Shown piece after piece: positions 1-8,924 of a DNA stretch of 64,000 nucleotides. The position numbers and the translations under genes were made by a program. The DNA comes from Halorutilales archaeon Cl-col2-1 (GTDB lineage Archaea > Halobacteriota > Halobacteria > Halobacteriales > Afararchaeaceae): the NCBI GenBank assembly GCA_041891055.1, contig CP169074.1, forward strand, positions 1,216,001-1,280,000. Reading direction: 5' to 3'. The notes under the pieces were generated by a model. The model saw only the letters and a list, made by a program, of their open reading frames with translations, searched no databases and was not told the DNA's origin. How positions within the stretch are numbered: the stretch's first letter is position 1; each line of letters begins with the position of its first letter.

Positions 1-1
1 G

Positions 2-745
2 GACGTCGAGGGCGTAGAGGACGAAGTCGGAGAGGAAGCCATAGAGGCGGCTATAGACAACGACGCACGTGTGGCTGTCGTCACAGAGACCGACGAACAG
101 AAGGAGTACGTCGAGGACAGCTACGATGTCGAGGGCGTCGTATCACTCGACGAGATAGACGAACAGAGTGACAGGTTTGAGTGGCTCGACACGATGCCCC
201 AGCTTCCGGGTCCGAGCAACCCCGACGAGCTTTCGGCGGCTATCGGCGACTACATGAACAAGATGTTCAAGCCGATAGGTATCGCGGTGGGTCAGATACT
301 CGAAACACCCGACAACCCGCGTGGAAACCCCGAGGTCATATTCGAGAGAGCGGGACAGAACACACTCTCCGCCTCGACTATGATGTGTTCGTCGTACATG
401 GGTAAGGTCGTCTTCTCCGAGGACATGGAAGGAGACCGTTACTCGTTCTACGCGCCTCAGGTCTGGATGCGTCAGAGACGTATCTACATGCCGTCGACCG
501 AGATATTCGGTACGCACATGAAGAACCACTACGAGGTCAAGCAGATGAACTCCGCAATAGAGCAGGGCATCTTCGACATACCCGAGACACATCTCACGCC
601 TTGGGACGAGGCTCCCGTCGCTCACCAGGAGATGTGGGACAACGTCCACGAGGAAGGCTCGTACGTCATAAACCACGCTCTCCCTGAGGACGGTCTTGAG
701 ACGAAGGAAGAGCTTCTCGAGACGTGGGAAGAAGAGTGGAGCTGA
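2..745 (+). CDS. C-terminal part (5'-truncated by window) of a propionyl-CoA synthase-like / acrylyl-CoA reductase (crotonyl-CoA reductase-type MDR) domain
   Basis: Frame open from position 2 (DVEGVEDEVGEEAI...). PDNPRGNPEVIFERAG, YSFYAPQVWMRQRRIYMP, GTH and AHQEMWDNVH..SYVINHALP..GL.TKEEL match, from recall, the C-terminus of trifunctional Pcs (Chloroflexus/Erythrobacter type). Confidence 0.7.
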   Translation, partial: DVEGVEDEVGEEAIEAAIDNDARVAVVTETDEQKEYVEDSYDVEGVVSLDEIDEQSDRFEWLDTMPQLPGPSNPDELSAAIGDYMNKMFKPIGIAVGQILETPDNPRGNPEVIFERAGQNTLSASTMMCSSYMGKVVFSEDMEGDRYSFYAPQVWMRQRRIYMPSTEIFGTHMKNHYEVKQMNSAIEQGIFDIPETHLTPWDEAPVAHQEMWDNVHEEGSYVINHALPEDGLETKEELLETWEEEWS

Positions 746-746
746 A

Positions 747-1667
747 CTAAGCGGTTTTGGGTTTCTGACTCTCTTTTCCTTTATCTTTCTGTTTTTTGCC
801 CATACTCACGAGACGTTCGGCACGTTGCTTGACGTCTAGACCTAAGCCACCTATCTCCGACTCGTACTCCGACGCCTTGACGAGCGCACGCGCGAGACAT
901 CTTGGATTTCCCGTGACCTCGACGGCTCTGTCGTCGGCACCGTACTCCTGTCTTCTGCGTATCGAGTACTTTACCCTCTGTACGAGGGGATCGAAGAATA
1001 GGAGACGTCCGAGTATCTCGAAGTAGGGACGGAATCTGCCGTCTAGCTCCTCTATGTGTGCGAGTTCGTGTGCGAGAACTGTCTCAAGTTCCTCGGGTTC
1101 GAGCATTCTAACGAGAGGACTCTTGACTACGACGATGTCCTCGCCGAGCGCTGGCGAGACAAGGGACGGGCTGGCTATCACCATCGTATGTGCCCCCGCC
1201 TCTATGTCGTCGACGGCTAAAAGACGTAGACTCCCCACCTCGAACTCATCTATCAGGCTGTCCAAGTCTACCATCTGGTTTAAATCACGCGTCACTTCTG
1301 CGTTGGCGAGGTCGTCGTACCTATCGAACATCCGTCTCATGCTCCACTGGTTGAAGACGAAGAGTGCTGACAGTAGAGCTACCGAGAGGATGTGTGCGAG
1401 TTCGACGACAGAGACGAGGAGTTCCCACGACAACGGAGGTTTTCCAGTGGTTAACCAGAATCCACTTATGGCGACGAGCATACCGCTCGTCAGCCATAGA
1501 GTCATTATTCCTGCGACCCCGAAGCTAGCGAACATCGACACTACGGCTCTCCTCTTCGAGAGCGCGGCGTAGTAGACCGTAAGGATTCCGAACCAGCCGG
1601 CCCCCGCTACCGAGAGATATAGGAGAACATCCTCGGGACTACTCACCAACGCTTGCAGATCCACCAT
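747..1667 (-). CDS. M56/M48 family membrane zinc metallopeptidase (BlaR1-like)
   Basis: N-terminal TM helices, LAHELAH zincin motif, QEYGADDRAV; overlaps the upstream BlaI-like gene by 1 nt. Confidence 0.85.
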   Translation of the reverse strand: MVDLQALVSSPEDVLLYLSVAGAGWFGILTVYYAALSKRRAVVSMFASFGVAGIMTLWLTSGMLVAISGFWLTTGKPPLSWELLVSVVELAHILSVALLSALFVFNQWSMRRMFDRYDDLANAEVTRDLNQMVDLDSLIDEFEVGSLRLLAVDDIEAGAHTMVIASPSLVSPALGEDIVVVKSPLVRMLEPEELETVLAHELAHIEELDGRFRPYFEILGRLLFFDPLVQRVKYSIRRRQEYGADDRAVEVTGNPRCLARALVKASEYESEIGGLGLDVKQRAERLVSMGKKQKDKGKESQKPKTA

Positions 1668-2071
1668 CAGTCAGACACATCCTCCTTAGCTGTCGTTAGT
1701 TCTGACTCAGACTCCTCTTCGGACTCCAAATCCTCACCGTTACACAGCTCATCATCCCTCTTCTTGGAGATCTTCTCATGGAGACTGTCTATTCCCTCAC
1801 AGCCGAAGAGGTCGACTACGTCACGTAGAATTTCGTTGAGGTAGTCCTCCTCGAAGTCGACGTACTCGTAGACGTACCTAGATCCGCCCTTGTAGGGCTC
1901 CTCACGTCTCTCGATTATGTCCTTCTCGTAGAGCCTGTCGAGTATAGTCCCCACCGTGGTGTACGCCTTGTCCTCACCCCTCTCTTCGAGACCATCGACG
2001 ACCTCTCTCACACTCGCTTCCCCCTCGTCCTCTAATACCCCCAGTACCTTTGCCTCCAGGCTTCCGAGCAT
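1667..2071 (-). CDS. BlaI/MecI/CopY family transcriptional repressor
   Basis: LGSLEAKVL..L...GEASVREV....AYTTVGTILDRLYEK wHTH signature. Confidence 0.88.
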   Translation of the reverse strand: MLGSLEAKVLGVLEDEGEASVREVVDGLEERGEDKAYTTVGTILDRLYEKDIIERREEPYKGGSRYVYEYVDFEEDYLNEILRDVVDLFGCEGIDSLHEKISKKRDDELCNGEDLESEEESESELTTAKEDVSD

Positions 2072-2188
2072 ACACAGAGTTGGGCTTAGAGTAGTATATG
2101 CTTTTTTGATGTAAGACTAGTAGGTTCCTAGAACGAATTCGAAGTATGTACCAGAACAGTTAGTACAACATCAGACAATTGCATAGAT

Positions 2189-2695
2189 ATGGACAGAAGA
2201 GACTTCCTGAAGGCTGCGGGAGCGACATCGATAGCTGGACTCGCCGGCTGTACAGGCGGCGGGGGCGGAGGAAACGGCGGAGACACCGGCGGTGACGGCG
2301 GTGGTGACATGGGAGGTAACGAATCCGGCGGAGATACCGGCGGTGACGGTGGAGGCGACACCGGCGGCGACACTGGTGGAGACTCCGGCGGAAACGGCGG
2401 AGGCGGAACCACGGGACTCCCCGAAGGTGTCTCTCAGGAACAGTTCGACACTGGTCCCGTCCCCGACGCCTACTCGACCGCAACCTCACAGGGTGGTACC
2501 GCCAGAAACCCCGACGTCCTCCAGGCAAAGAGCGGCGTCAGCTACCAGGCAGAGCCGAGTTCGGGTGACCGGTGTGACGGCTGTGTCCAGTACGTACCCG
2601 ACCAGAACGACGACGGCTACGGCGCGTGTTCGCTCGTAGAGGGCTACATCCATCCCCAGGGATGGTGCTCGCTCTACGCTGCGTACCAGGGTTAA
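2189..2695 (+). CDS. Tat-exported lipoprotein with high-potential iron-sulfur (HiPIP) domain
   Basis: DRRDFLK Tat motif, LAGC lipobox, Gly/Asp linker, YQ..P..G.RCDGC..Y....GACSLVEG.I.P.GWC 4-Cys HiPIP pattern. Confidence 0.85.
   Translation: MDRRDFLKAAGATSIAGLAGCTGGGGGGNGGDTGGDGGGDMGGNESGGDTGGDGGGDTGGDTGGDSGGNGGGGTTGLPEGVSQEQFDTGPVPDAYSTATSQGGTARNPDVLQAKSGVSYQAEPSSGDRCDGCVQYVPDQNDDGYGACSLVEGYIHPQGWCSLYAAYQG
2256..2410 (+). repeat. Coding low-complexity GG(D/N)(T/S)GGD repeat linker
   Basis: Degenerate ggcggagacaccggcggtgac repeats within the HiPIP gene. Confidence 0.8.
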
Positions 2696-2778
2696 AGGCA
2701 TCGGCGTCTTCGAGACGAGACATACGTTTCTCTTTCTATGAAAAACATTATTTAAGTCAGAGGCGAAGCGGTAAATGC

Positions 2779-2862
2779 GCGAGGGTAGCCAAGCCTGGAA
2801 ACGGCGGCGGACTCAAGATCCGCTCCTGAAGAGGTCCAAGGGTTCGAATCCCTTCCCTCGCA
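2779..2862 (+). tRNA. tRNA-Leu (CAA)
   Basis: GCGAGGG acceptor stem; GCGGA-CTCAAGA-TCCGC anticodon arm; long variable arm; GGTTCGAATCC T arm; TTTAA box upstream. Confidence 0.95.
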
Positions 2863-2871
2863 GTGAACGAA

Positions 2872-2995
2872 CGATTCTTAGAGTGAGTGAACGAGAAGGA
2901 AGGTTTGAACCAGGGAACAGAGTGACCGAGGTTCGAATCCCTTCCCTCGCATTCGAACTAAGTGAGAATCGAGGGACAGTGAACGAAGTGACCGT
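2872..2995. repeat. tRNA-3'-end-derived hairpin repeat: antisense T-arm copy, core, then 22-bp sense copy at 2930-2951
   Basis: GGTTCGAATCCCTTCCCTCGCA at 2841-2862 is repeated at 2930-2951 and preceded by the near reverse complement GGAAGGTTTGAACC. Confidence 0.8.
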
Positions 2996-3005
2996 TTGGT
3001 CTAGT

Positions 3006-3266
3006 TCATAAACGCTCTATATACGCGACTACGCCTGACTCGGAGTTACGTATCTCCACGAGCTCGCCGCCGTCGAGCTTAGAGACCCACGACTCGACCT
3101 CGTCACAGTCTTCCGACGGCTTTCCTGTCTTTATGGCTATCAGATCGCCCGGCTCCGACGAGTCGAGTTCCTTCTTCGCGTTCATTATAGGCATGAAACA
3201 GACTTCGTCCTCTACGTCTATGACGGCGTCACAGTCTTTCAGAGTCACGGAGTTACTCCCCACCAT
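3006..3266 (-). CDS. TusA/SirA-family sulfur carrier protein
   Basis: IDVEDEVCFMPIMNAKKELD...GDLIAI....W pattern; start reassigned to ATG 3266. Confidence 0.75.
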   Translation of the reverse strand: MVGSNSVTLKDCDAVIDVEDEVCFMPIMNAKKELDSSEPGDLIAIKTGKPSEDCDEVESWVSKLDGGELVEIRNSESGVVAYIERL

Positions 3267-3315
3267 ACCCCAAGAACGGCTTCGGGTCTCTAAAGTATTG
3301 GTGTCGTAGGGTAGA

Positions 3316-3798
3316 TCAGAGACCCTCAATCTCGGAGGGCTTCTGCTTACGCACGACGTAGACGTCGTAGTCGCCCGCGCTCGCTGCGCGACCCCCGACA
3401 CTCGTGACGGGTGTCGCTATACGTCCGACGTTGTCACTCCCTATGAAGATTATACTCGGGTCGTACTCTCGTATGACTGATCCGAGCTCTGTGGCTATTG
3501 ATCCCTTGGTCGAGTAGCCGCCTATTACGCTGTGTTCGAACGCAGCGTTCGGGGCTATCTCTGCGACCTCGTCCTCGAGGTACTCAGCAGCCCTCTCCAA
3601 GCTGAAGCCGTCGCCTTCATCGATCCAGCCTCTCGACCTCACGTACCTCTCGTCGTCGGGGACTACGGAAGCGGCGACTATTACCCAGTCTCCGAGAGCG
3701 TCAGCGTACTCCTTAGCGCGTCTCAGGGCGGCTTTCGAGAGGTCGGAGGCGTCGAAGGGGACGAGAGCGATCATAGACCGTGTGGTGGCTCCATGCAT
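3316..3798 (-). CDS. Universal stress protein (likely start 3774)
   Basis: LVPFDAS.LSKAAL, IFIGSDNVGRI..PVTSVG...YDVYVVR. Confidence 0.85.
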   Translation of the reverse strand: MHGATTRSMIALVPFDASDLSKAALRRAKEYADALGDWVIVAASVVPDDERYVRSRGWIDEGDGFSLERAAEYLEDEVAEIAPNAAFEHSVIGGYSTKGSIATELGSVIREYDPSIIFIGSDNVGRIATPVTSVGGRAASAGDYDVYVVRKQKPSEIEGL

Positions 3799-3877
3799 AT
3801 TCTACTTTCTCTTGGCTCCGGGTGTCAAGGCGAGACGTCCGTTATTGTTATATACTTTTGTGTACTAATTGTAGGAC

Positions 3878-4516
3878 ATGGTATCAGGGGTAAGGGTAGA
3901 GCTAACAGTTGGCAAGCCTCAGGACTGTCCCGTCGCCGAGGTGTCGTCCGAGGGCGGCGAGTCGGGTGCTGTCTCTAAGGCTGTGACACCCGACGGAAAG
4001 GCAGTAGAGGAGTTCACGTACACGGAGAACTCAGTCGGAAAATCGGAGAAGGAGGTCGACGAGGTATTCTCTTACGGCTCCGAGAACGTATACAGGTTCG
4101 AGAGAGACACGGGAATAGGATGTGTGTGCGAGGTCATAGAGGAGGCAGGATGTCCCGTCTCCGACGTCAAAGGGGACAACGGCTCTCTCCTAATCTCGTT
4201 CCACGCTCCCGACGTCGATACCCTCAAAGATATAACCACGGAGCTACGTAACGAGTTCTCGGACATCAGTCTCCAGCGTCTTGTGAGAACAGAGGACGAG
4301 GGATCGAAGTCCGACCTCGCCTTCGTCGACAGATCGGCTCTGACCCAAAGACAGACAGAGGTTCTCAGAAAGGCACACGAGATGGGCTACTTCGAGTACC
4401 CGAAGGGGGCGAACGCGAAGGAGGTTGCCGACGAACTCGGTATCTCCGCCTCGACCTTCTCGGAACATCTCTCGGCGGCACAGAACAAGATACTCGGGGC
4501 TCTCCTCGACGACTGA
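3878..4516 (+). CDS. DmsR/NarO-like Cys-containing HTH-10 (Bat-type) transcriptional activator
   Basis: N-terminal CPV, CVC, GCPV; C-terminal LTQRQ.EVL..A.EMGYFEYPKGANAKEVADELGIS.STFSEHL. Confidence 0.85.
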   Translation: MVSGVRVELTVGKPQDCPVAEVSSEGGESGAVSKAVTPDGKAVEEFTYTENSVGKSEKEVDEVFSYGSENVYRFERDTGIGCVCEVIEEAGCPVSDVKGDNGSLLISFHAPDVDTLKDITTELRNEFSDISLQRLVRTEDEGSKSDLAFVDRSALTQRQTEVLRKAHEMGYFEYPKGANAKEVADELGISASTFSEHLSAAQNKILGALLDD

Positions 4517-4585
4517 GGTGACGTTTAAACCCCCCGAAAATAAGGGCTGTTTATATTAGTGTCACCGCCGACTACACAGTATTGT

Positions 4586-5749
4586 ATGGTGGGGACAGTA
4601 ACGGCAGAAGAACTCAGAGACCTGCAGGACTCTGACGAGGAGTATGAACTTATAGACATGCGTTTCGAGGATCAGTTCGACGACTGGCACATACAGGGGG
4701 CTAAGAACATACCCTTCATGGAGTTCGAGGAAGATCCCGACTCTTACCTCGACGAGATACCCGAGGACGAGCCCGTGTATCTACTTTGTGCAGAGGGAGG
4801 ATCGTCGGAGTACGCCGCCGAGATGCTCGAAGAGAGAGGCTACGACAACGTCCACAACGTCGAGGGAGGAATGAAGGCGTGGAGTGCGGTCTATGACGTG
4901 ACTCCCGTGTCGACACAGGACGACGACCTCGAGATAGTACAGCTACAGAGGAGATCGAAGGGCTGTCTCGGATACATAGTCGGTGACAAGGCGACGGGAG
5001 AGGCTGCGGCGATAGACGTCACACGTCACACGAACGAGTACAAGGACGCCGCCGCCGAACGTGGCTTCGAGATAACCAAGGTCTTCGACACACATATCCA
5101 CGCAGACCATATCTCGGGAGGAAGCAGACTCGCCGACGAACTCGACGTTCCGTACCATCTCGGATCTCCCGCTGAGACTCGTAATCCGGGATTCGACTAC
5201 GATCCCGTCAATCCGAACGACACAGTTGAGGTCGGTAACGTGAGCATAAAGGCGGTACACACTCCGGGACACACCACAGGTTCGACGTCTTGGCTAGTCG
5301 AGGACGAGGCTCTGATGACTGGAGACACTCTCTTCGTCGAGTCGGTCGGACGTACTGAGCTCCAGTTCTCGGGGGAGGACGCCGAGGACGCCTCGACAGT
5401 ACTCTACGACACTCTCCAGAACATGATGTCACAGCCCGACACAGTCAAGATACTCCCCGCACACTTCTCGGTCACAGACTGCGGAGAGTTCATCGATGTC
5501 ACACCCGGAACACCGATGGTGTCGACTGTGGGCAAGATAAGGACGAGCAACGAGATGATACAGATGGACAAGGACGAGTACGTCGAGGCTGCCTTCGAGA
5601 ACATGCCGTCGAAGCCTCCCAACTACGAGGACGTCATCTCTATAAACGAGGGCAAGCAGGAGCTTGAAGGCGAGGAGGAGGCGACCAACCTCGAACTCGG
5701 ACCTAACCGGTGCGCAGCGACCGAGGAGAGCGTAGTCGCAGACGACTGA
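4586..5749 (+). CDS. Rhodanese + metallo-beta-lactamase fold fusion (persulfide dioxygenase-like)
   Basis: Rhodanese HIQGA..IP and CAEGGSS; MBL motifs DTHIHADHISG, HTPGHT, GDTLF, PAH; C-terminal GPNRCA; TATA-like TTTATATT about 30 nt before ATG 4586. Confidence 0.88.
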   Translation: MVGTVTAEELRDLQDSDEEYELIDMRFEDQFDDWHIQGAKNIPFMEFEEDPDSYLDEIPEDEPVYLLCAEGGSSEYAAEMLEERGYDNVHNVEGGMKAWSAVYDVTPVSTQDDDLEIVQLQRRSKGCLGYIVGDKATGEAAAIDVTRHTNEYKDAAAERGFEITKVFDTHIHADHISGGSRLADELDVPYHLGSPAETRNPGFDYDPVNPNDTVEVGNVSIKAVHTPGHTTGSTSWLVEDEALMTGDTLFVESVGRTELQFSGEDAEDASTVLYDTLQNMMSQPDTVKILPAHFSVTDCGEFIDVTPGTPMVSTVGKIRTSNEMIQMDKDEYVEAAFENMPSKPPNYEDVISINEGKQELEGEEEATNLELGPNRCAATEESVVADD

Positions 5750-5790
5750 CCGGAAGAAGATAGATAAGAAGGCGTCTCTTCTTTGTGGAC

Positions 5791-6453
5791 ATGAAAAACT
5801 CCGTAGTCGTAGGAGTAGCTGTAGCTATGGCTCTGTTCGTGCTGGCGTCTGTCTCGGTGGCGGCGTCGGTGGGTACCGTCTCGGCTCAGGAAGACAGTGG
5901 GGGAGACAGTAACAGTAACGAGAGCCTCGACCTCGCCGAGGCAAACGTGATGGAGGTCGAGTACTCGGCTTCGGGTTCGGGAGCCTACGGCTTCGACGTT
6001 ACTCTCTACCACGACGACTCGGGAGAGGAAGCCTACGCCAACTGGTGGCAGGTCGAGACGACCGGCGGCGAAAGGTTGGGCAGACGTGACCTCCTCCACG
6101 CCCACGGAACGAGGGAGTTCACCCGGTCGGAGACTGTCGAGGTACCGATGGGAACGAGGTACGTCGTCGTACGTGGACACGACGAGACCCACGGATACGG
6201 CGGAAGGGCGGCAGTAGTCGACCTCGAATCCGGCGACGTCGAGTTCGTGGATCAGGGAAACGAGGCTCAGAGCTTCTCAGGCTACTCAGGCTCTAAGACA
6301 GAGAAGAACAGTAACCGCACGGAGTCGGGGTCAGCGTCGAAACCCGAATCAGAGTCAGAAACAGAGTCACAGCCTCAGCCGGGATTCAGCGTATCGGCTC
6401 TGGCGTCGGTATTTCTGATGGCTCTGATAAGGAGACTGCTGTGGAATAGGTAG
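5791..6453 (+). CDS. Secreted His-motif protein with PGF-CTERM-like sorting tail
   Basis: Signal peptide; FDVTLYH..., LLHAH..EFTRS, RGHDETHGYGG; S/E linker, QPGF, hydrophobic stretch, RR. Confidence 0.7.
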   Translation: MKNSVVVGVAVAMALFVLASVSVAASVGTVSAQEDSGGDSNSNESLDLAEANVMEVEYSASGSGAYGFDVTLYHDDSGEEAYANWWQVETTGGERLGRRDLLHAHGTREFTRSETVEVPMGTRYVVVRGHDETHGYGGRAAVVDLESGDVEFVDQGNEAQSFSGYSGSKTEKNSNRTESGSASKPESESETESQPQPGFSVSALASVFLMALIRRLLWNR

Positions 6454-6465
6454 AAGTGGTTAGAG

Positions 6466-8154
6466 TTAGTACGACCTCTCCTTCGGCTCGTACTCCTTTA
6501 TGACAACGTCGTCGTACTCAAGACGCGGGTACTCGTTCTCGCCCGCGTAGTATGCCATCGTGTGTTTGAGCCACTCGTCGTCGTTCCTCTCGGTGTAGTC
6601 GTCGCGCGAGTGTGCGCCCCTCGACTCGGTTCTCGCAAGGGCGCTCTCAGTGATGACCTCGGCGACGTCGAGTATACTCCTGAGTTCGAGAGTCTGTGTG
6701 AGGTCGGTGTTGAATGTCGAGCTTGAGTCCTTGACTGTGACGTCCTCGTACCGTCTCTTCGCCTCCTGTATAGCCTCGCGTGCCTCCTTGAGACCTTCCT
6801 CAGTTCTGAAGACTCCTACCTTCTCGGTCATTATCTCCTGGACTTCCTCACGTATCTCGGACTGGTGAACTCCCGTACCCGACATAAGCTCCTCGATACG
6901 TTCCCTCTCCTCCTCGGCTCTCGCCTCGACCTCGCTCGGTGAGACCGAAGACGATCCGGCTGACGCCTTCGCGGCGTGTTCACCCGCTCTCTTTCCGAAG
7001 ACGACGAGCTCTAGGAGTGCGTTTCCTCCGAGACGGTTCGCGCCGTGGACTGAGACACACGCCGCCTCCCCGACGGCGTAGAATCCTTCGACGTTTGTCT
7101 TTCCGTCGGCGTCACACGCGATTCCCCCCATCGTGTAATGCTGACCCGGCTTCACGGGTATGGGCTCCTCGACGGGGTCGACCCCCTCGAAGTCGCGCGC
7201 AAGTTCGAGGATCTGTGCGAGACGTTCCTCTATCTTCTCCTCTCCGAAATGGGTTAGGTCGAGATGTACGGTTCCCTGTTCGAAGCCACGTCCCTCCTGA
7301 ACCTCTATGAGCTCGGCACGTGAGACGACGTCACGTGACGCGAGCTCTCCGGCGTTGGGGGCGTAGCCGCGCTCGTACATGAACCGCTCACCCTCGTTGT
7401 TATAGAGGATTCCACCCTCTCCACGGCATCCCTCTGTGATCAGGATTCCCGTACTCGGGAGGGTCGTGGGATGGAACTGTATGAACTCCATGTCCTCCAT
7501 CGGGACTCCCGCCCTGTACGCGATAGAGAGACCGTCTCCGGTGTTGGCGACTGCGTTCGTGGTGTGTTCATAGACCTGTCCCATTCCTCCCGTGGCGAAT
7601 ATAGTCGCGTTCGCGGCGAAGGAATCGACACGTCCCGTCTGGAGATCGATCGCCGTGACACCGTGGGCGCGTCCGTTCTCGACGACGAGGTCGGTGACGT
7701 ACCACTCGTCGTAGACAGTTATGCCCCTCTTGAGAACCTGTTCGTACATAGTGTGGAGGAGCATATGTCCCGTCTTGTCACTCGCATACGTCGTACGCGG
7801 GAACGAGAGTCCTCCGAACGCCCTCTGGGCGACCCTCTCGTTCTCCTCGCGCGAGAAAGCCATTCCCATGTTCTCGAGGTTGATGACCTCGTTGGGAGCC
7901 TCGCGCGTCATTATGTTGATAGGCTCCTGGTCGCCTATGTAGTCGCTCCCCTTTACGGTGTCATAGGCGTGGTCGTGCCAGTCGTCCTCGTCCTTGAGTG
8001 CGGCATTTATTCCTCCCTCGGCGGCTCCCGTGTGTGACCTAACGGGATGTAGCTTCGAGACTATCGCTACGTCAGCACCCGCCTCGTGTGCGGCGACGGC
8101 GGCTCTGAGACCCGCTCCGCCCGCGCCGACTATGAGTACGTCGTGTTTGTGCAT
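6466..8154 (-). CDS. sdhA: Succinate dehydrogenase flavoprotein subunit
   Basis: GAGGAG, RSHTGAAEGG, FIQFHPT, HGANRLGGN, ESRGAH. Confidence 0.96.
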   Translation of the reverse strand: MHKHDVLIVGAGGAGLRAAVAAHEAGADVAIVSKLHPVRSHTGAAEGGINAALKDEDDWHDHAYDTVKGSDYIGDQEPINIMTREAPNEVINLENMGMAFSREENERVAQRAFGGLSFPRTTYASDKTGHMLLHTMYEQVLKRGITVYDEWYVTDLVVENGRAHGVTAIDLQTGRVDSFAANATIFATGGMGQVYEHTTNAVANTGDGLSIAYRAGVPMEDMEFIQFHPTTLPSTGILITEGCRGEGGILYNNEGERFMYERGYAPNAGELASRDVVSRAELIEVQEGRGFEQGTVHLDLTHFGEEKIEERLAQILELARDFEGVDPVEEPIPVKPGQHYTMGGIACDADGKTNVEGFYAVGEAACVSVHGANRLGGNALLELVVFGKRAGEHAAKASAGSSSVSPSEVEARAEEERERIEELMSGTGVHQSEIREEVQEIMTEKVGVFRTEEGLKEAREAIQEAKRRYEDVTVKDSSSTFNTDLTQTLELRSILDVAEVITESALARTESRGAHSRDDYTERNDDEWLKHTMAYYAGENEYPRLEYDDVVIKEYEPKERSY

Positions 8155-8159
8155 CTATT

Positions 8160-8918
8160 TCACCTCCAGAATCTGAGTTTCTGTTTGACTGCTTCCTTGC
8201 TCATCTCCATTATAGCTTCCGTGGGTGAGATTCCCTTCGGACAGACGTCTGTACAGTTGAACTGTGTGTGGCATCTCCAGAGTCCGTGTGACTCGTTGAG
8301 CATCTCGAGACGTCTCTGTCTCGTCTCGTCACCCTCGCGCTCGTCCTTGAAGAACCTGTACGCCTTCGCGAGCGCGGCGGGACCTGTGAAGTCGTCGTCA
8401 TTTCCGGCGGGGTTACACGAAGACGAGCAACAGCCACACCAGATACAGTCGAGTACGGTGTCTATGTTCTGCCTGTTCTCGTGTGACTGAAGGTACTCCT
8501 CCCCGGTCTCAGGCTCGTGGTCGGGCTGGAACCACGGCTCCACGCTCTCCATCCTGTCGTAGAAGCCGTCCATATCGACGACGAGATCACGTTCGACATC
8601 CTCGTTCGGAAGAGGCTCTATCTGAACCGGCGTCGACAGGTCGAGATCCTCTATCTGTGTGTTACACGCGAGCCTCTGTCTTCCGTCTATGTACATCGCA
8701 TCGCTTCCGCATCTCGCCATCCTGCACGAGTGTCGGAAGGTGAGGGTAGGATCCTGGTGGTCACGTATACGTATTAGGGCGTCGAGTACCGTCATTCCTT
8801 CCTGCCTCTCGACGGTGTACTCCTTGAAGTACGACTCTTCGTCTTCCTCAGGCACGTACCTGAAGACCTTGAGGTTTACAGTTCCTCTGTGGGTGTCGTC
8901 TGCTGTTTTAGTTGACAT
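8160..8918 (-). CDS. sdhB: Succinate dehydrogenase iron-sulfur subunit
   Basis: SCRMARCGSD..LAC; CIWCGCCSSSC; CHTQFNCTDVCP. Confidence 0.95.
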   Translation of the reverse strand: MSTKTADDTHRGTVNLKVFRYVPEEDEESYFKEYTVERQEGMTVLDALIRIRDHQDPTLTFRHSCRMARCGSDAMYIDGRQRLACNTQIEDLDLSTPVQIEPLPNEDVERDLVVDMDGFYDRMESVEPWFQPDHEPETGEEYLQSHENRQNIDTVLDCIWCGCCSSSCNPAGNDDDFTGPAALAKAYRFFKDEREGDETRQRRLEMLNESHGLWRCHTQFNCTDVCPKGISPTEAIMEMSKEAVKQKLRFWR

Positions 8919-8924
8919 CTTTTA

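Noticed and set aside
2128-2412. Pro-rich ORF on the minus strand
   Set aside because: Antisense shadow of the Gly-rich HiPIP linker.
2775-3011. ORFs over tRNA-Leu
   Set aside because: They overlap the tRNA gene and its trailer repeat.
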